A model generated the notes under the pieces. It worked only from the letters and a program-made list of their open reading frames with translations, had not been told where the DNA came from and did not search any database. 55,847 nt of DNA, from contig VBLU01000003.1 in the NCBI GenBank assembly GCA_005879065.1, forward strand, positions 1 through 55,847, read 5' to 3'. Each line of letters opens with the position of its first letter. Positions within the stretch are counted from its first letter, which is position 1. The stretch comes from Methanobacteriota archaeon (GTDB taxonomy: Archaea; Thermoplasmatota; Thermoplasmata; RBG-16-68-12). The position numbers were made by a program, and so were the translations under genes. This document shows positions 44,718 through 51,526 of this stretch, one piece after another.

Positions 44718-45614
44718 CTAGGAAGCGGACTCGCGAGCCCGGACGACCGCGTATAGGGCCTGGTTCAGCGGGACCGGGATCCGGTGGCGGGCGGCGGCTC
44801 GGACGATCGGCCCCGTGATCGCGTCGATCTCCGTCCGGTGGCGTCGGTCCAGGTCCTGCAGCATGCTCCCCCGATTCGCCGCGGTCCGCTTCGCGATCAA
44901 CACGGTGCGGTGACGGATCTCCTCGGCGTCCACGCCGGCCCCTTCGGCTTTGGCGACCGAGGCGGCCTCTCGACACACGGATTCCAGGACGACGAGCAGA
45001 CGCTTGTCGCGGACCAGGCGGCCGTTCGGAACGCCGGCGACGGCCGCGAGCGGGTTGATCGACGCATTCACGACAAGCTTGGACCAGAGCTCCGTCCGGA
45101 CGTCGCTCGTGACCTGGGCCACGATCCCGACATCGGCGAGGAGATCCCTCAGACGGACGAGGTCCGCCTCGTCCACGTGGGACCACGCACCGAGGACCGT
45201 GTCGCCGACTCCGGCATGTCGGATCTCGCCGGGACCGACGTACGTCACCCCGATGGCCGTGGTGCCCGTGATCACGCGTCGCGCCGCTTTCGCGATGGTC
45301 TCCGCGTTGCCGAGTCCGTTCTGAAGCGTCACGAACGTGGAGCGATCCGCGAGACGTTGCAGGGCGAGCATCGCATTCGCTGTGTCGTACGCCTTCGTCG
45401 TGACGAACACCCAATCGGGTCGCGCGTTCTGCGGCACCGTCGTCGATGCATCCGGTTTCGCGACGACGGAGGTCTTGCCCGTGATGCGGAGCCCGTGCGC
45501 TCGGACTGCGTCGACGTGTTCCGATCGTCCGACGAGTACGACCTTGTGTCGTCGAGAGAGCAATCCTCCGATGAAACTGCCCATCGCGCCGGCTCCGAAC
45601 ACGAGAATTTCCAC
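44718..45614 (-). CDS. panE: 2-dehydropantoate 2-reductase (ketopantoate reductase family)
   Basis: ORF 44718..45689. ILVFGAGAMGSFIGGLL Rossmann motif, then LQNGLGN and WSKLVVNASINPL. Start set at GTG 45614, downstream of the AT-rich promoter-like tract. Confidence 0.85.
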   Translation of the reverse strand: MEILVFGAGAMGSFIGGLLSRRHKVVLVGRSEHVDAVRAHGLRITGKTSVVAKPDASTTVPQNARPDWVFVTTKAYDTANAMLALQRLADRSTFVTLQNGLGNAETIAKAARRVITGTTAIGVTYVGPGEIRHAGVGDTVLGAWSHVDEADLVRLRDLLADVGIVAQVTSDVRTELWSKLVVNASINPLAAVAGVPNGRLVRDKRLLVVLESVCREAASVAKAEGAGVDAEEIRHRTVLIAKRTAANRGSMLQDLDRRHRTEIDAITGPIVRAAARHRIPVPLNQALYAVVRARESAS

Positions 45615-45672
45615 GCGGGCCGGAGTATCGTTGTGCGAAAAAACGGTTTCGGTAGTGTTGACGCATCCCTCG

Positions 45673-45686
45673 TTTTTTATAAAAAT
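45673..45686 (-). promoter_or_regulatory. AT-rich TATA-like element TTTTTTATAAAAAT (panE side)
   Basis: Lowest-GC stretch in the window. About 60 to 70 nt upstream of the proposed panE start. Confidence 0.35.
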
Positions 45687-45715
45687 CACAGAATGTTCGA
45701 ATTTTCTCGTCTTCG

Positions 45716-45727
45716 CTACTTTTAAAA
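45716..45727 (+). promoter_or_regulatory. BRE/TATA-like element CTACTTTTAAAA
   Basis: About 25 nt upstream of the GGGAGG SD at 45751-45756. The 11-mer CTACTTTTAAA recurs upstream of ftsZ. Confidence 0.35.
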
Positions 45728-45762
45728 CCCCTTACTCTATTACATATTCAGGGAGGAAACAA

Positions 45763-45801
45763 GTGGCCAAGAAGAAAAAGGGCAAGAAAAAGAAGCGATA
45801 G
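45763..45801 (+). CDS. candidate 12-codon poly-lysine micro-ORF (M/V-AKKKKGKKKKR)
   Basis: GTG 45763 lies 6 nt after GGGAGG. Codons GCC AAG AAG AAA AAG GGC AAG AAA AAG AAG CGA TAG. It sits alone between two minus-strand genes. Confidence 0.25.
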   Translation: MAKKKKGKKKKR

Positions 45802-45845
45802 GCCGCTTGCCCACAGAACCCTAGCGGTGATTCGCCCTTCGCGGC

Positions 45846-46793
45846 TCACCGCGCCGCACCCTTTTCCCGTTTTTCATTCCCTTTCATATTTCTCGAGATT
45901 CGATCTGCGATTCGCAACGCCTCCGGATATCTGTCTCGTGTGGTCTTGCGGACCAAGTGCATCGCGTGCAGGAGAGAAATGCGGTGGCCCACGGAGACGT
46001 AGATGGCCCGCGATCGATTCGGCGGCGTCCACGCATATCCGCGGGTGACCCCGTCGATTCGGACGGGAAGCGCGTCCTCGTGTTTCTCGGACAAGGGTTG
46101 TACGCGACCGGCGAGCGGATGCTTCGCGACTCCGATCGTCGGCAGATCCAGTCGGACTCCCACATCACATGCGACTCCGAACAGGGCCGGGTGCAACCGC
46201 CCGTGGCCGTCGATCATGAGCACATCGGGGCACGTGGAGAGTCGTCGGACCGCCGCCTCGACTCCGGGGAACTCCCGATAGGCGAGATAGGTCGGGATAT
46301 ACGGAAAGTCCACCCTTCTTCGGACGAGAGCAACCTCGACCGTCTCGAGATCCGCGAGCGAGACGGAAGCCGCGGCCGCGTACATCTCGTCACCCTGATA
46401 CGCCACATCGACGCCGGCGACGATCTCGATCGGCCCGCGATCGTCGTTCTCGATGACCTTCGAAGCGAGCCGCTGTTGCTCTGCACGAAGGACCCCGAGG
46501 AATTCGACGTCCGGCAGGGAGGCGATGATTCGGGATTCATCGACGCAGCCCCCGGACATGGGAAAGCCCTCCTCACCGAGCTGCTGTTCGGCCGCGGCGA
46601 GGACGGGCCGACCGTCCTCGCGAACGACCCGGTGGCCCCGCCGCGTGTCCGGATGTTCCACAAGCCAGGTCGCGACCCCACGCGCCGCTCGCACGTCGCC
46701 GAGCGCGCGGGCGATTGTTCCGCATGTCGCCACTTGCCCGTGCGGAATTTCAGCGAGGCATTTCGAAATCGCCTTTGCGAAGTCCGGGTCCAC
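45846..46793 (-). CDS. nfi: fusion protein: alkyltransferase-like (MGMT DNA-binding domain, no active-site Cys) + endonuclease V
   Basis: N-terminus IPHGQVATCGTIARALGDVRAARGVATWLVEHPDTRRGHRVV (HRVV retained, PC replaced by RG). C-terminus VAGVDVAY, DFPYIPTYLAYRE, MIDGHGRLHP and IGVAK, all EndoV motifs. Confidence 0.85.
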   Translation of the reverse strand: MDPDFAKAISKCLAEIPHGQVATCGTIARALGDVRAARGVATWLVEHPDTRRGHRVVREDGRPVLAAAEQQLGEEGFPMSGGCVDESRIIASLPDVEFLGVLRAEQQRLASKVIENDDRGPIEIVAGVDVAYQGDEMYAAAASVSLADLETVEVALVRRRVDFPYIPTYLAYREFPGVEAAVRRLSTCPDVLMIDGHGRLHPALFGVACDVGVRLDLPTIGVAKHPLAGRVQPLSEKHEDALPVRIDGVTRGYAWTPPNRSRAIYVSVGHRISLLHAMHLVRKTTRDRYPEALRIADRISRNMKGNEKREKGAAR

Positions 46794-46879
46794 AGCCGCG
46801 TAAGGTCGCGAGCCCGCAAAACCTTTCTACGAAACGGTCCATCGACGGACCTACGACTTCCCTCCTCCTTCGCGGCGGT

Positions 46880-48142
46880 ATGATCGTGACACAAGACGCG
46901 GGGCGGTCGCTGGTCTCCGGGGACGTCCTCGTGGAAGACGGACGGATCGCGGCGGTCGGTCGCGTCGATCGCTCCGCGGCGGAGGTGATCGATTGCAACG
47001 GTTGCGCGGTGCTGCCCGGACTCATCAACCTCCATAACCATGCGCCGAACACACTGCTCCGCGGCGTGGCGGATGATGTGCCACTGGAAGAAATGTTACC
47101 GATGGCGGCCGCGATCGACGCAAAGCTCACCCGGCGCGACGTGCAGATCGGCGCGTTGCTCGCTTGCGTCGAGATGATCCGGTCCGGAACGACCAGCTTT
47201 CACGACCTGTTCTACTGGGAGGACGAAGTCGCGCGGGCCGTTCGGGAATCCGGGATCCGCGGCTTCTTGTCCTGGGTCACCCTGGACGAGTCCAAGACCA
47301 CCCAGCATGGCAGTCCCCTGAAGAACGCGGAGGCGTTCGTCGCCAAGCAGAAGGGAGACGCCCTCGTGACCCCGTCCGTCGGAGTGCAAGGCATCTACGC
47401 GGCGTCCGAGGAGACGTGCACGAAGGCGAAGGAGATCGCGGAACGCCACCACGTGCGACTCCACCTGCACCTCTCCGAAACCCGCGGGGAGGTGGAGGCT
47501 CAACGGAAGGAAACGGGCTTTCGACCGATCGAGTGGCTCGAGAAGATCGGCTTCCTCGGTCCGGATCTCACGGCCGCCCATTGCGTCTGGATCACGATAA
47601 ACGAGGTGCGGACCCTCGCGCGCCACGGCGTCAGCGTGGCCCATTGTCCGGTCTCGAACATGAAACTCGCGAGCGGCGGCGTCGCCCCGGTGCCCGAGAT
47701 GTTGCTAGAGGGAGTCGTCGTCGGCCTCGGGACCGACTCCCCGATTTCCAACAACGCGATGGACATGTTCGCGGACATGAAGATCGCCGCCCTGTTGCAC
47801 AAGGCCGCCCGATGGGACGCCCGCGCGATGCCCGCGCAGGTGGTCCTCGATCTCGCGACGGTCGGCGGAGCGCGGGCGCTGCACATGGAGCGGGAGATCG
47901 GCTCGGTCGAGGTCGGGAAGCGCGCAGACCTCGCGGTCGTCTCCCTGCGAGGCGCTCACACGACTCCTTTTTATCCGGAAAACGTCATCAGCCATCTCGT
48001 CTACGGTTGCCGGGGGAGCGATGTGCAAGCGACGGTTGTCGATGGCCAGGTCCTCATGGCGGACCGCATCGTGCGGACCGTCGACGAAGCCGAGGTCGTC
48101 TCCCGGGCTCAGGAGACGGCCGGCGAGCTGTTCGAGGCGTGA
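46880..48142 (+). CDS. amidohydrolase-superfamily nucleoside deaminase (MTA/SAH / 5-deoxyadenosine deaminase-like)
   Basis: ORF 46715..48142, ATG 46880. LPGLINLHNHAP (HxH), HLHLSET, AHCPVSNMKLASG and GLGTDSP motifs. Confidence 0.85.
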   Translation: MIVTQDAGRSLVSGDVLVEDGRIAAVGRVDRSAAEVIDCNGCAVLPGLINLHNHAPNTLLRGVADDVPLEEMLPMAAAIDAKLTRRDVQIGALLACVEMIRSGTTSFHDLFYWEDEVARAVRESGIRGFLSWVTLDESKTTQHGSPLKNAEAFVAKQKGDALVTPSVGVQGIYAASEETCTKAKEIAERHHVRLHLHLSETRGEVEAQRKETGFRPIEWLEKIGFLGPDLTAAHCVWITINEVRTLARHGVSVAHCPVSNMKLASGGVAPVPEMLLEGVVVGLGTDSPISNNAMDMFADMKIAALLHKAARWDARAMPAQVVLDLATVGGARALHMEREIGSVEVGKRADLAVVSLRGAHTTPFYPENVISHLVYGCRGSDVQATVVDGQVLMADRIVRTVDEAEVVSRAQETAGELFEA

Positions 48143-48145
48143 GCT

Positions 48146-48802
48146 TTGATCGTCGGCGTGGACGAAGCCGGGCGAGGGCCCGTCATCGGTCCCCTCGTGG
48201 TCGCGGGCGTCGCGGTCGAATCGGACGTCGAACTTCGCCACATGAACGTCCGCGACTCGAAGAAGCTCTCGCCGGAGCGGCGGGAAGCCTTGGCCCCCGA
48301 GATCGAGAAGGTCTCGACGTACGAGGTCGTCGTGATCCCCGCGGAACGGATCGACGCGATGCGGTCCGAGATGTCCTTGAACGATTTCGAGGCGAAGCTC
48401 TTCGCCGAGGTGATCGACAAGTTGCGACCGGAGACCGCATACGTGGACGCCGCGGACGTCGACGAGATTGAGTTCAAACGTTGCGTCCGCAAAGAGCTCG
48501 CGTTCGATGTGGAGATCGTGTCCCAGCACAACGCGGACGAACTCTTTCCGGTCGTCAGCGCCGCCTCGATCCTGGCCAAGGTGTGTCGAGACCGCGAGAT
48601 GAGGACGATCGAGGATGAGGTTGGGATGCACATCGGGTCTGGCTACGCCTCAGACGCCGACACGATCGCGTTCTTGGAAACCTGGATCCGCGCGCATGGG
48701 TCGTTGCCGCCGCACACTCGAGCCTCGTGGGACACCGCGCGGCGTTTGCTCGCGGAGTCCCGGAACCACAAGCTCGACGATTTCGGACGGCGAACGGCAT
48801 GA
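48146..48802 (+). CDS. rnhB: ribonuclease HII
   Basis: TTG start. VGVDEAGRGPVIGPLVVAGV, DSKKLS and SAASILAKV motifs. Confidence 0.93.
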   Translation: MIVGVDEAGRGPVIGPLVVAGVAVESDVELRHMNVRDSKKLSPERREALAPEIEKVSTYEVVVIPAERIDAMRSEMSLNDFEAKLFAEVIDKLRPETAYVDAADVDEIEFKRCVRKELAFDVEIVSQHNADELFPVVSAASILAKVCRDREMRTIEDEVGMHIGSGYASDADTIAFLETWIRAHGSLPPHTRASWDTARRLLAESRNHKLDDFGRRTA

Positions 48803-49128
48803 GGGAGATGCTCGAGGGCCTGATTACGAAATTCAACGCGAAGGTCGCGACCGATCCGGCCCTGCGCGCGGAGATTGGAGAATTGACGAAGACGGTCCTG
48901 ATCGAATTGAAGGACGGGACGAAGTTTCATTTCTTGTTGAAGGACCAGCACGTGGCGGCGCTCCTCGACGGCGGCGTGGACCACGCGGACATCACGATCT
49001 CGACAGACGCCGATACCCTCGGGGCCTTGATTCGACGCGAGGTCGGACCGTTCAAGGCGTATGCGACCGGAAAGCTCCGACTCAAGGGGAGTCTTGAAGA
49101 TCTGGCGCGCTTCCGGAAGTTCTTCTGA
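48799..49128 (+). CDS. SCP2 sterol-carrier-like domain protein
   Basis: ATG 48799 overlaps the rnhB stop (ATGA). C-terminal FKAYATGKLRLKGSLEDLARFRKFF is the SCP2 signature. Confidence 0.8.
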   Translation: MREMLEGLITKFNAKVATDPALRAEIGELTKTVLIELKDGTKFHFLLKDQHVAALLDGGVDHADITISTDADTLGALIRREVGPFKAYATGKLRLKGSLEDLARFRKFF

Positions 49129-49210
49129 CGCCTCGCGCGATAGGTTTATCCTGCACGGTCCAATGCGGACGGACGACCGCCGTCGCGGGCCCGGCTCGAT
49201 GCGGGCACGT

Positions 49211-49347
49211 AGCGGGGTGGGGTAGCCAGGATATCCCGTCGGGCTCATAGCTCGGGACTCCCAGGTCCCCGGTGAGACACCCGGAGATCGATGGTTCAAA
49301 AGGACCGGCAGGACCCGCCTCCAGTTCGGAACGTCCATCCCCCGCTA
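49211..49347 (+). tRNA. tRNA-Met (CAU), initiator type, with two introns (49250..49278 and 49301..49333)
   Basis: The spliced 75-nt product has a perfect 7-bp acceptor stem (AGCGGGG/CCCCGCT, A1:U72), anticodon stem TCGGG/CCCGG, loop CTCATAA, T-arm GATGG-TTCAAAT-CCATC and discriminator A. Both introns are flanked by bulge-helix-bulge-like structures. No CCA is encoded. Confidence 0.85.
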
Positions 49348-49415
49348 TCGACCGAGGACTTCGCGCGGCGGCCTCTCGGTCAGGCCTGCCTTCTGGTTTC
49401 GCCGCATGAGCACGT

Positions 49416-49437
49416 GTTACCCTTGCGTAAGGGTAAC
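49416..49437. repeat. perfect inverted repeat GTTACCCTT-GCGT-AAGGGTAAC
   Basis: 9-bp arms with a 4-nt spacer. It lies 69 nt after the tRNA 3-prime end and about 100 nt before the KaiC-like ATG. Confidence 0.6.
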
Positions 49438-49487
49438 CAAAATCCGCTTTGCGATTCCCGGTTGGATGGACTCTGATTCTCAGGTCG

Positions 49488-49498
49488 TAACTTTTATC
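49488..49498 (+). promoter_or_regulatory. TATA-like element TAACTTTTATC upstream of the KaiC-like operon
   Basis: About 40 nt upstream of ATG 49538. It resembles the CTACTTTTAAA boxes at 45716 and 51463. Confidence 0.3.
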
Positions 49499-49537
49499 GT
49501 CGATGGGCTGGGTGGTCCGACGCTCGGCAGGCTTTCA

Positions 49538-50620
49538 ATGGATCGAGTGAAAACTGGCATCGTCGGTCTGGACACGATGCTGAACGGCGGATTCCTGCCC
49601 GCACGCCCGTATGTGGTCTCCGGCCCCACCGGAAGCGGCAAGACCGTGCTCGCGGCGCACTTCCTCCTCGAGGGCCTCCGCCTGCAGGAACCCTGCCTCC
49701 TCGTCACCCTTGACGAGCCCCCAATCGAGGTGAAGGCGAACATGGCCACCTTCGGGTGGAACATGGACCGGCTCAAGATCCTCGACGCGACCCCGGACGT
49801 GCGCGCGCACAAGCGCCAACGGTCCGTGATCGACGTCGGGACCTCCCTCGACGTGCGCGACATGGAAGACGTCACGGACATCCGGCAGTCGTCCCAGGTG
49901 CGAGCCCTCGAGGTCACGGTACACAGCGTCCAGAAGATGATCAAACAAGAGTTCTCCCAACATCTGGAACGGACGAAACAGCGATACAAGCGGATCGCGG
50001 TCGACTCGATGACCGCCCTGAAGATGTTCTCGATGGAGGGGCAGGACAGCCGCATCTTGATCCAATCCTTCCTCCGGTTCCTCGCGGAACTCGAGGCGAC
50101 GACCCTCATCGTCTCCGAACGGCTGGACCGGAGGAAGCTCGAGACCGAGTTCTTCCTCGGCCGCGGGGAAATCCGGATGCACAAGTGGATCGACGGCAGC
50201 ATGATCCGCCGCGCGCTCTCGATCGAGAAATTCCGCGGTTCCGCGTTTGACGACAAGATGCATCCCGTGACGATCGGCGACAAGGGGATGGTGGTCGCCC
50301 TCGACCCTCCCTCCCAGATTCGCGGCACCTCGCCGGAGGGGAAGCCGGGCGAGTCCTTGCTCGAGACGCGCCTGATCGACGAAGTGTCCAACGTGATCGA
50401 GTCCGTCATGCGCCAGATCGAAGAGGCGCATCGACGCCAGATTCCGATCCGCGACGTTGAAGTGGCTCTGTCCCGCGCCATGCTGGCGTTCCAGCGGCGC
50501 AACTACCAGAAGGCGATGAAGATCGCCCTCGCTTGCAACTCCCAATTGAGGGAACGAATCGCGGAGGCCCCTCCTCCGCCGCCCGTCGGGATGCCGCCCC
50601 GACCGCCGGTGATCCGGTGA
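49538..50620 (+). CDS. single-domain KaiC/RecA-superfamily ATPase with helical, Pro-rich C-terminal extension
   Basis: ORF 49406..50620 trimmed to ATG 49538 (MDRVKTGIVGLDTML). Walker A GPTGSGKT, Walker B RIAVDSMTAL. The roughly 110-aa extension ends APPPPPVGMPPRPPVIR. Confidence 0.85.
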   Translation: MDRVKTGIVGLDTMLNGGFLPARPYVVSGPTGSGKTVLAAHFLLEGLRLQEPCLLVTLDEPPIEVKANMATFGWNMDRLKILDATPDVRAHKRQRSVIDVGTSLDVRDMEDVTDIRQSSQVRALEVTVHSVQKMIKQEFSQHLERTKQRYKRIAVDSMTALKMFSMEGQDSRILIQSFLRFLAELEATTLIVSERLDRRKLETEFFLGRGEIRMHKWIDGSMIRRALSIEKFRGSAFDDKMHPVTIGDKGMVVALDPPSQIRGTSPEGKPGESLLETRLIDEVSNVIESVMRQIEEAHRRQIPIRDVEVALSRAMLAFQRRNYQKAMKIALACNSQLRERIAEAPPPPPVGMPPRPPVIR

Positions 50621-50634
50621 TCCCCGCCGCGAGG

Positions 50635-51399
50635 ATGCGCACCGGCATCGCCGGCCTCGACAAGATGCTCCACGGCGGATTCGTCCCCGGTCGGCCCTAC
50701 ATCGTGTCTGGGCCACCCGGCGCGGGCAAGACGATCCTCGCAATGCAGTTCCTGCGCGAGGGCCTGGAAGGCGGGGAACGTTGTCTGTTCGTTTGCCTCG
50801 AGGAGCCGCCGAACGAGCTGAAGATCAACATGCGCGCGTTCCGGTGGAATCTGGACGATCTGGATGTGCTCGACGCGAACTCCGACATCCGGCGGTTCGA
50901 GCCGACGCCCCTCCTGGAGATTTCCACGGAAGAGGAACCCGCGAAGATGCGATCGATCGGGGAGCGGATCCGGAAGACCCCGGACTTCGAGAGCAAGGAG
51001 GTCTCGGTCCATTCGTTGCAGCAGCTGCTCAAGACCCTGCTCGTGAAGAAGCATTACGAGCGCGTCGTGATCGACTCGATCACGGCGTTGCGATATTTCT
51101 GTATGCGAGAGTTCGAGGAGGCCGTGACGACGCAGTCGTTCATGCGTTACCTCGCCGAATCGAAGGTGACCTCCCTCCTCACCGTCGAGCTGCCGGATGA
51201 GGCCGAAGTCCTTGCGGAGTCGTTCCTCGCTCGCGGCGAGGTCCGCCTGCACAAGCTCCGGGATGAGACCGGAATCAAGCGGTTCGTCTCCGTCGAGAAG
51301 TACAAGGGCTCGTCGCACGACGACGCCGTCTATTCGTTCGACATCACGAACGCGGGCATCGTGATCAACATGACCCCACGGGCTCCCGTGGCTTCGTGA
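50635..51399 (+). CDS. single-domain KaiC/RecA-superfamily ATPase (paralog of the preceding gene)
   Basis: ORF 50533..51399. ATG 50635 (MRTGIAGLDKML), with an alternative GTG 50617 overlapping the upstream stop. Walker A GPPGAGKT, Walker B RVVIDSITAL. Confidence 0.85.
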   Translation: MRTGIAGLDKMLHGGFVPGRPYIVSGPPGAGKTILAMQFLREGLEGGERCLFVCLEEPPNELKINMRAFRWNLDDLDVLDANSDIRRFEPTPLLEISTEEEPAKMRSIGERIRKTPDFESKEVSVHSLQQLLKTLLVKKHYERVVIDSITALRYFCMREFEEAVTTQSFMRYLAESKVTSLLTVELPDEAEVLAESFLARGEVRLHKLRDETGIKRFVSVEKYKGSSHDDAVYSFDITNAGIVINMTPRAPVAS

Positions 51400-51462
51400 G
51401 CCTCGGAAAGCTGGCAGCCCCGTGGCGGATGTCAAAGCGACGATTGTCAGACGAATGTATGA

Positions 51463-51475
51463 CTACTTTTAAATA
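51463..51475 (+). promoter_or_regulatory. BRE/TATA-like element CTACTTTTAAATA upstream of ftsZ
   Basis: 52 to 64 nt upstream of the ftsZ ATG. An AT-rich island that shares an 11-mer with 45716..45726. Confidence 0.4.
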
Positions 51476-51526
51476 GCCCTGGATGGATGCGTCCGGCCGT
51501 CAGTCTCCACGGGATGGGATGGCACA

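Noticed and set aside
45337-45762. 154-aa plus-strand ORF 45337..45801 as a real gene
   Set aside because: All but the last 12 codons are antisense to panE and run through the AT-rich promoter region. Only the SD-preceded terminal micro-ORF is considered further.
49406-49537. Longer 404-aa version of the first KaiC-like gene
   Set aside because: It would translate through the perfect 22-bp palindrome and the TATA-like box. KaiC-like homology starts at MDRVKTGIVGLD (ATG 49538), mirroring the paralog start MRTGIAGLD.
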